This document shows positions 56,266 through 64,000 of a DNA stretch of 64,000 nucleotides, one piece after another (position 1 is the stretch's first letter; the number at the start of each line of letters is the position of its first letter). A program made the translations under genes and the position numbers. This DNA is from Schizochytrium sp. TIO01 (Eukaryota > Protista > Bigyra: Labyrinthulomycetes): the NCBI GenBank assembly GCA_004764695.1, contig SMSO01000014.1, positions 4,846,845-4,910,844 on the forward strand. Reading direction: 5' to 3'. The notes beneath the pieces were generated by a model. The model saw only the letters and a list, made by a program, of their open reading frames with translations. It was not told where the DNA came from and made no database searches.

Positions 56266-59199
56266 TTTCATTCGCGAAATTATACTGTGTTGCAATCTGA
56301 TGAGACCTATTATAATAAATAAAACTATAAAGCACCATAAAACAGAGCAAAGAAAGTGCACCAACTGTGAGACCTAGATAAATATTATTCGAACCAATTA
56401 GTTCAAACAGTTCCTCTATGTAAGAAAGACTAGTTTCATCGCTACCATCATCTAAAATCGTTGGTGCTGAAGAAGGATTTCCAAGCGTAGGTCTCATCGT
56501 TGGTGCAGGAGATGGAGCCGTGGGTGAAACTGTAGGTGACGATGTTGGTGCAGGAGTTACAGCAAAAAAGGTTGAAGAATAGATGTCCTGTATGACAAGA
56601 GAGTTCTCTTGTGGAACAATAGAAAGATAACCAGTTGACCACGCCGTTGTACTGCTAATATTCGTTGGCCAAAAAACGCTAATGCTTTCTGACTTCGTAG
56701 CCACAGTCGAGGAGTTAACAAGAGCAACGAACGACCACTCACCAGAGTAATCACGAGTCAGAGTATAATTCGCAGAGCTAAAGACTGGATAACCATCTGT
56801 CATAGTGCTGAAGTTATAATTCCCTGCTATACTATGATTTTCACTAGATGTAACGTAGATAGTTTCTTACGGAACAAAACAAGAGGTACCATCGAGAGGA
56901 CTTACCATTGCACCATCGCCAAGACCATCACATTCTCCGCAATGGAGGAATTCTGCACACATACATGTCAAGGAATATTCGAATTCAACTCCAGATTCAC
57001 CGAGCACTGGATGTCGGTAGTTGCCCGCACTCACCTCATAAGAATAGGCTGCAGAAGCAACAGAACCAGTCCCAAGAATCCACCCTTGAGTATTAAGGAA
57101 GTATAGTAAATAACTAGTATCCCGCCCACCATTAGAATATAACTCCCAAGAATCTTTTCAATCTACATATTTACCTATCATTTTCATCACTCCAGATGAA
57201 CGAACGTACGGAATCTTAGATAAGCGCAATCTACAACACAGCTAGTGCTGTTCGGCTCCGACATCATGCCTTGGCACATTTTTCACAAAGACCACTCGAT
57301 TCATTCATAAACATATTATTCCCACAGTAAATCACATCACAGACAACTTCCGCAGTAGCACCATCTATACACCATCCGTAACGAGAAGATAGTTACGGCC
57401 ACTTGCAAAGGTATGTACCTCAAAATTTTCAGTTAAGTATCGGGTCGGGTATGCATAAGCGTTTTGTAAATCTGCATCTCGGCTTTCAGAACTGCACACG
57501 GACGTCCAACTTCTCGAAGAACTGGTGGTAATAGGATAGGTAAAAACAATATCGTCCTCCGCAAATTCGGATAGATAAATGAGTGTGGTCGAACCGACCA
57601 ATCCGTAAAAGGAACCGCATGCCAAGCTGGTGCAAAAGACCAGCAATAATAATAAACCCCATAGCACCCCATGTACAGCTATTTAAGGTACACACCATAT
57701 TGGTCATTCACATAAACACTCCCAGCGGGTCCACTTGAGACTCCAGGAACAGCATAGAACATCATCTCGCCTGTGTAACTTTAAAACGGAGAAACCGTGA
57801 AAGCAACATCGCAAGCATCCGCAGAACAGTATCCCACACCGAAAACATAAAATGCCTGATTCCAATCATACAAGCTAGTCAAATGAAATGCGGTCAGGTT
57901 AAATTCACCTTGACTATTACTGAATAGATGAAATGCTTTACCTAGTCTTCGCAAGTTAAATTTAAAGAAAACTTTGAAGGGTTAGGAGTTTCCAAATGAA
58001 ACAAAGTACGTCCCACCGCTTCTGTGCAATCCACTGTATCGTCACAAAAAATAGAGGTCAAATTTTGCAGTTCATTTTCAAATTGATTTACATCATTGGC
58101 ACCTTCATTCGTATGCCTTACTCTGACTTTTGCACGCTGAGTATCCTCATCAAGTTCTAAGACAGTCACCGCAACTGCAATTCCACCCTCGCAATAATCA
58201 TACGCATAGGTCGAATTTACAGGGACAAAGCCGGCTCCAGTTGTATTAGTCAACGATCTGTACAAGCCAGCGGGGTCGATCAAGTAACTTGGACCTGCAA
58301 TATCTTCAAAACGCCTTGTTCCTCATTCCATCATCACACCTGGGTTCATAGAGTGATCGAAACTCCAATGCCATGTACGTATTTGGATACTCCAACCGAT
58401 ACAGAATACAATAGTACAGAGATGAGTTAAATCCTTCTCCTATATCGTGAGCATAGAGCCACACAGTTGTATCATCAGTTCTGCAAGGCTCATCTGCTTC
58501 ACAATACAAACCATGTGACATTTGCAAAATACGCTCTTCTGGAATCCATCCCAAAAAGTACTTGTAGTAGGTACTAAATTGAGCTAACAACGACTCAGAC
58601 TTTGAACCCATTTCATCATATTAATTACCGTAGTCTCCATCAATAGCATGCGCATGCAGTAAACCCAGGTTGTGACCAAACTCATGTGCTAAAATTCCCC
58701 TGAGATAAGCGGTTGAATTGACTGAACTTGCGACAACGTTCATATGCAACCGAGAACCAACAACATTAGCAACCCCGAAACACCCCAGGTTCCAATTAGG
58801 GGCGAACAGAGCAACAGAGTCATATGTAAACGCATTCGCGCTATCTTCCACGAGAACAAAAGCCTCTTCATAAACACGCATGTTACTCGAAGTCACCTCT
58901 ACTCCATCTATGTAACAATTATCTAATTCATCAATGCTTAAAGCGTCCAACACATAGGTAGTCTCGTCAACTGAGAAGTGAGCATCCGAGCTAACACCAG
59001 AACTTGAGTCATAGAACGTACTCACATCACTTCCTATTTTGGCCATGATGTCATCACTCGGAACCAACAAAATATAGCTGCTATTAGGTACAATTCTGAC
59101 CGCTCGAATTGTATCTGTAGTAACAGCATTGCTGTAAGTACTCGCATCAACAAATCTAACAATTAAAGCATGCACCAGATAAAGAAAACACCGCATCAT
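56216..59199 (-). pseudogene. Peptidase M11 (gametolysin-like) metzincin surface protein with Cys-rich region, PT stalk and C-terminal TM; disrupted
   Basis: Signal peptide; HEFGHNLGLLHAH zinc motif then DYGN*YDEMGS...KYFLGWIP across an in-frame TAA (58621-58623); further stops and frameshifts; TPAPTSSPTVSPT stalk and TM in ORF 56216..56803. Confidence 0.8.
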
Positions 59200-59301
59200 T
59201 CTATCTAATAATTAACAATCTCACTGCTTTTACTATATATTGACAGCGCAAAATACCACCATGGCCATAGGTGCAAACACATTCAATAAGCTAAATGCTA
59301 A

Positions 59302-59886
59302 TTGTCAATGACATTGTCTTTTCTCATGAAATCTGGAACTCGTAAGCTGAAGGAAAACCACACGTTCACATTACATGCTCACAAAGATGGTACCTACATT
59401 CATTCATTTAGAAGCTTTTTACCCAAGCACTACTTTCCAAATCAGTTTTCACAAATTATTCTCCAGGATTTAACAGCCGCAGAATTTTGGGAGATCCTCA
59501 ATATCATCTTTTATACATTATCTGATCTCCAACATAATGACAACGACTGAAGAATGCCAACAATGGTTAGTATCCAACCCATTCTAAACGAGCTACAACA
59601 CATTGAAGTTATGAGTGTGTTTTGGGCAATAACAAAAGACCACAGAAAAGAGGAATTAGGACTTCTAAATCTTGATGATTCGCTCATTGGTAATGAAACA
59701 GGATTGAACTTGAAGTTCACAGCCCATGCTTATTGCATGATTAATAGTTGTTTCGAATTGGCTTCCAAATGTACATTCATTTTACCACTTCACGCTCCAC
59801 CAGATCAACTTGCCACAAATTTGAGATGGCAAGCTACGCCATCCAATAGGAATGAGTTTGGTAGGTACTCGTCACGATCATTTTGA
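59302..59886 (+). pseudogene. Degraded hypothetical gene
   Basis: ORFs 59302..59550 and 59554..59886 are in the same frame, separated by one TGA; divergent from the M11 gene across a TATATA. Confidence 0.35.
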
Positions 59887-60549
59887 TGAGTTTTTGCATT
59901 CGCGTAGCTTATGATGGCGACTTCGACGAATACATCGACGCAGTCATTGAATACATTATATTCAAAACGATAGGCATCCCTCTTGTACGCGGAAGATTGC
60001 TACCAGAACTTGCTGTTTGGTTGGTCCAAGTTTTGTGATTACAAACTAATCTGCCTATTCTTATTTTAAAGAGTTGTTATTTCACACACTTTCTTTTAAT
60101 TTTATCCGAGAGACAGCGCCGTACTCTTGAAAAAAGTCAAAAAAGAATAATATAGTCCACAAAACATAACACAAGACGATGCTTGCAGGACATAGTTTAC
60201 GATTAGAAAACAGGACTACACAAAAAAGATGATGTTATGGTTGTTGTTGCTTATTACCGCTCTGAGTGCGGCTACAGCTCAGCATTTCCTTGTATTGCTG
60301 GGGGCTGTGCTGGTATACTGCTGAAGATGTTGATTTTAAACGATCGAAACTTCTATCTCCAACTTCGAACAAAATTTTGTCATACATAGTGTAAAATGTC
60401 CTGCACTGGGCTGGGCTGGATTGGGATAGCAGGAGCAATGGGGATTGTGGCTGCCGCAACATTGTATGACTGACTGATCACTTGCAAAGTGTAAGTTTTC
60501 TATCTTGGAACAATATTTTATAAAGCTTGTTCGCGAGTTTCTGCTGATT

Positions 60550-62577
60550 TTACATGTCTGCCCACGACTGCGACCCCTCCTCGGTCATGAAAGACTCGAC
60601 AACAGGGAGCTCGGAGGCTAGACCAGCGGTTGATGGTGGTGCAATATCCTTTGAAGTTGTTGAGGTTTTCGTGGATTGCTTGTCGGAATGTGCTGTTTGA
60701 CGATGAGATTGAAACATGGCTGTCGCAGGTGATGAAGTATGTGCGACATTAGGGACTTCTGATGATGCAGCAAAGGCAGCTCGAGCTGCCGTCTCTCCAA
60801 GCATAATAGGTGCGCGTGTTACATAAGCGGTAGGGTCGTTTCGATTCCCTATAATTGATTTTGACGATAGGATCGGGTTATGAGGCGTAGAGGATTGCTC
60901 CGCATGGTATTCTTGACGTTCCACAGAGGAAGTAACTTCTGGAGACGCCAAAGAATCCCGGTGACTTGTCTGTTCTGGTAATGGGTGCGGCGGTGGTTCT
61001 GGATACTGGACTTGGTGCTGTTGTGGAATAAGTGTTACAGTGTCATTTTCTAGAGCAAAAACATCAGGATGCGAGTACAGGTAGTTGATGAGAGAACCAT
61101 ATTGTGTGGAGAAGGTTTGCGTCCAATGGGACGACTTTTCCAGTGAGTCTAAACTAAGGAATGGTTCCCCTTGCAAGTGTTGACGCAGGGCCTGTAAGAG
61201 TTCGTGTTCATCTGAAGTGCCAGCTTCACTGTTATAAGTATTTGATGGGGAGATTTTGGCTGAGGATGCTCGAAGCTTTGGGCTCAAGCTCTGCGAGGAC
61301 GACCTAATGTGCAAACGAGAGGCCCCGGTACTGCCGCCCGTGGTCCCAAGGCTTGCTCTACGTCTTGTACTGCCATGTTGTGGCTGATGTGATGTTGCTT
61401 TTGAGGTTTGCTGTTCTTCTTGTTGTTCTTCTTGTTGTCCTTCTTGCTGCTGCTGATGATGATGATGTGCAAGAGCAGCAGCAAGTTGGGGGTCCACGGG
61501 ATCTCCTCGGTGTGCCATAGCTCGGGTGAATTTCTTCGCAAATTGCTCATGCAAAAAAATAACTTTTTCCTTACAAAATAGGCGATCAGAGAGAATACAA
61601 AAACGCTCTAGACCACCAACGCTCTCAACAGCAGCAATAGGACCTTGTGCAAGCATGCTCCTGACATCTTGATCGAGTCTAACGGAGGGCACCCCAGTCC
61701 CGCCATTTTCTACAATTCGACCAATGATGAAACTTTCTGCAGCACGGGCGGCGTCACCGTCCGGTCCATTAAAAAGTCGTTCTTTAAGCTTACGTGGATG
61801 TTGTTTTAGAGGTGGAGGGGGTGTTGTTGCCGACGACCCTGAATGACGACGATTTCCAGCTCCACTCCCCGATAAAGATACATCTACAGGTTGTTTGGTT
61901 GCAGAGGTTCCAGTTGGGAATTTTGGTGACGAAGAAGAAGAAGAAGGTGATGATGAATTCTGAGGTGAGGGTAACTCTGGTGCTTGTTGTTGTTCTGTTA
62001 CCAAGGATGCTGATGCTTGTGATACTGGTGCCATATTAGAACCAGACAAGGCGCCCCCGATTGTTGGTCTTGCCCCTCCCCGAGATTGTACCAGGTTTTG
62101 GTGCTGCAAAGAGCGAGACCTTCCGTGCGAGCTTTTTGCGCCGCGGACTGCCACGCCTCCAAGGTGGCGCCCTGACCCCACGGAGGATTCTGTCGAACCT
62201 TGGAAACCTGATTGCCTCGGTTGGAACAGCTTTGGCTGCTGTTGATGTTGCCTTTGTCCAGTTTGGTAATGGTAGAAATGTGGACTTTGTGAATGTTGTT
62301 TTTGTCCTTGAAGATACGCGACGTCTTGCCGACCAGATTGTCGTGCGTCGCGCTGCTGGTGTTGGGTGTGTTTTTGATTTTGTTGAAGTTGTTGTTGTTC
62401 TTGAAACTGGTCATTTGAGTTTGTGCCAGAGGGCGGCACTGAGCCCAAGCTGGATTCCACTACGCGTGTTCGAACCTTAGTGCGAGCATCCTCAGGCCTG
62501 GAATGCGCGGATGTGCGGCCGAGCGCATGGTCGTCACCGGCCCCGGCATCCTGCGCGCCGCCGCGGGCCGAGGCCAT
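60550..62577 (-). CDS. Q/S-rich low-complexity protein with two putative winged-helix (LOTUS/OST-HTH-like) domains
   Basis: ~675-aa ORF; globular segments ending GGLERFCILSDRLF..KVIFL and YGSLINYLYSHPDVFALENDTVTL. Confidence 0.7.
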   Translation of the reverse strand: MASARGGAQDAGAGDDHALGRTSAHSRPEDARTKVRTRVVESSLGSVPPSGTNSNDQFQEQQQLQQNQKHTQHQQRDARQSGRQDVAYLQGQKQHSQSPHFYHYQTGQRQHQQQPKLFQPRQSGFQGSTESSVGSGRHLGGVAVRGAKSSHGRSRSLQHQNLVQSRGGARPTIGGALSGSNMAPVSQASASLVTEQQQAPELPSPQNSSSPSSSSSSPKFPTGTSATKQPVDVSLSGSGAGNRRHSGSSATTPPPPLKQHPRKLKERLFNGPDGDAARAAESFIIGRIVENGGTGVPSVRLDQDVRSMLAQGPIAAVESVGGLERFCILSDRLFCKEKVIFLHEQFAKKFTRAMAHRGDPVDPQLAAALAHHHHQQQQEGQQEEQQEEQQTSKATSHQPQHGSTRRRASLGTTGGSTGASRLHIRSSSQSLSPKLRASSAKISPSNTYNSEAGTSDEHELLQALRQHLQGEPFLSLDSLEKSSHWTQTFSTQYGSLINYLYSHPDVFALENDTVTLIPQQHQVQYPEPPPHPLPEQTSHRDSLASPEVTSSVERQEYHAEQSSTPHNPILSSKSIIGNRNDPTAYVTRAPIMLGETAARAAFAASSEVPNVAHTSSPATAMFQSHRQTAHSDKQSTKTSTTSKDIAPPSTAGLASELPVVESFMTEEGSQSWADM

Positions 62578-63756
62578 GCCACGACGAGCACCCTTCAGTG
62601 CCAATCGGCACCTGAGCGGGGGCCCTCGTGCGTGGCCTCACCGCAGTGTATGCCAGACCTTGCGATATGAAGAGGAAGAGAAGGCTCCTTGCCTGGGGCA
62701 CAAGCAGCCTGCTCTGGCTGAGCTCCCTCAACGGGATGTGGAATGTTGAATTCGAATGTGCCGACGATGCGATGACCTGAAGTAACGAAGTTGAGTTGAG
62801 TTTTACTGGCGACCCAGGTGGAAGCTCTAGGTTTGACGACAGGACTTTTCAACACGAACAAGGGCCTGGGTCAATGTTCGACCTCTCCTGGTGGGCGGCC
62901 TGCGTGCCTTCCTGCCTGCACCGGTTTGAAGGTTTTGATCAATCGATCGATTCATCAATTTAAGTTTGCCTCATGTTTTCGTCATCCCTATTTTTCACCT
63001 TTCTTTTTGAAGCGATTATTCGGAGTTTCATACTCTACACTTTTTCAATGTTTTATTTTCATTCTATTTTTAGTATATTATTATTTAATAATAATAAAAA
63101 TAGTATTATTTTAAAAGCAAAAAGACTTTTTTAAAAGACTTTGGAAATAAATGAACATCTGTATAATTACTCACTATTGAACATCTCTCAACTGTATATC
63201 AGATATAGAGACCAGGGAGAATATTTACTGTTGTTTGACCCAACGGCAGGGATCGCAAATCTGCCCGTCAAGTGAACAGTAGCGCAAGGGAAACAATAGC
63301 TCAAGACTGAATTGGATTGTCAGAGGTAATGACTATCGATGAATCAGAACGAGTTATACATCACTCTTTTTTTTTCTTTTTCTTTTTTTAAAATTAAAAT
63401 AGATGTATAAAATTACAAGCATTGAGACACTTTCTTTTCTTTCATCCTTGCTGTTTTTGGTTGCTTTGATTGAACAAGCTTTGAAAATAAAATAAAAATG
63501 TTTTCTTTCTTGCTTCTCCTCTGACACTGTTACCACTCCTCAAAGCATAAGCATCAGTGGAGGGGACTTCTTGCGTCAGTAGTAGTGTTCGCCGTAGCAG
63601 CGAGTTATCGCGTAGGCGTTAAACGAGGGGCCTCGTTCTCACCGCTTTCTACTTCTCCTGTTCTATCGCTACTTTGAACCATCCGCTGTTTTGATTTTGG
63701 GGTTTTTGAACTTCTTTCGCTTTCTCTACTTTCAATTGTAAAACGTTTTCAATGTT

Positions 63757-63866
63757 CAAACCAAAGCAAACCAAAGCAAGCCAAAGCAAGCCGAAGCAAA
63801 CTAAACCAAAGCAAAGCAAACTAAAGCAAACTAAAGCAAACAAAGCAACGCAAAGCAAAAAAGCAA
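63757..63866. repeat. Degenerate (AAAGC/AAACC/AAACT)n pentanucleotide repeat
   Basis: Directly visible. Confidence 0.8.
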
Positions 63867-64000
63867 TCATCGCTACTCTCCAACTCAATGTTTTTATTTC
63901 CCAATCTTTTCACCTGTTTCCCCCTTTTCCGTTCTTCAATAAAACAAACAAACTTTTCAATTTAAAATTAAAACTCAACCAAAAACTAACTTGAAGCAGA

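Noticed and set aside
53922-59886. Stop-codon reassignment or readthrough explaining the in-frame stops
   Set aside because: TAA, TAG and TGA all occur along with frameshifts, consistent with neutral decay

Overview
This is eukaryotic nuclear DNA from a protist. Long microsatellite-rich intergenic stretches, almost no introns and Pro/Thr-repeat surface proteins suggest a stramenopile, most likely a thraustochytrid (inference, not demonstrated). Host genes include a multi-pass membrane protein, an MMPL/RND transporter, a tetraspanin, APC5, a WDR53-like WD40 protein with one intron, a bHLH factor, a coiled-coil protein and a Q/S-rich protein with putative winged-helix domains. Two foreign-looking islands interrupt them. 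Island 1 (~18.5-35.07 kb) is gene-dense and intronless, with TATA-type divergent promoters and AATAAA at gene ends. It encodes an HK97/assemblin-type capsid maturation protease, an N6-adenine DNA methyltransferase, a DEDDh exonuclease, two restriction-endonuclease-fold/kinase fusion proteins, tandem paralogous membrane proteins and orphans. It is best explained as an endogenised fragment of a eukaryotic duplodnavirus (mirusvirus-like). Island 2 (~51.1-59.9 kb) is more decayed. It holds a Crinkler/STAND-type NTPase relic, a third REase-kinase fusion and a pseudogenised M11 (gametolysin-like) surface metalloprotease. Some single-base frameshifts, including one in the essential APC5 gene, look like assembly indels, so frameshift-only pseudogene calls are uncertain. 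No rRNA, tRNA or CRISPR array was recognised.
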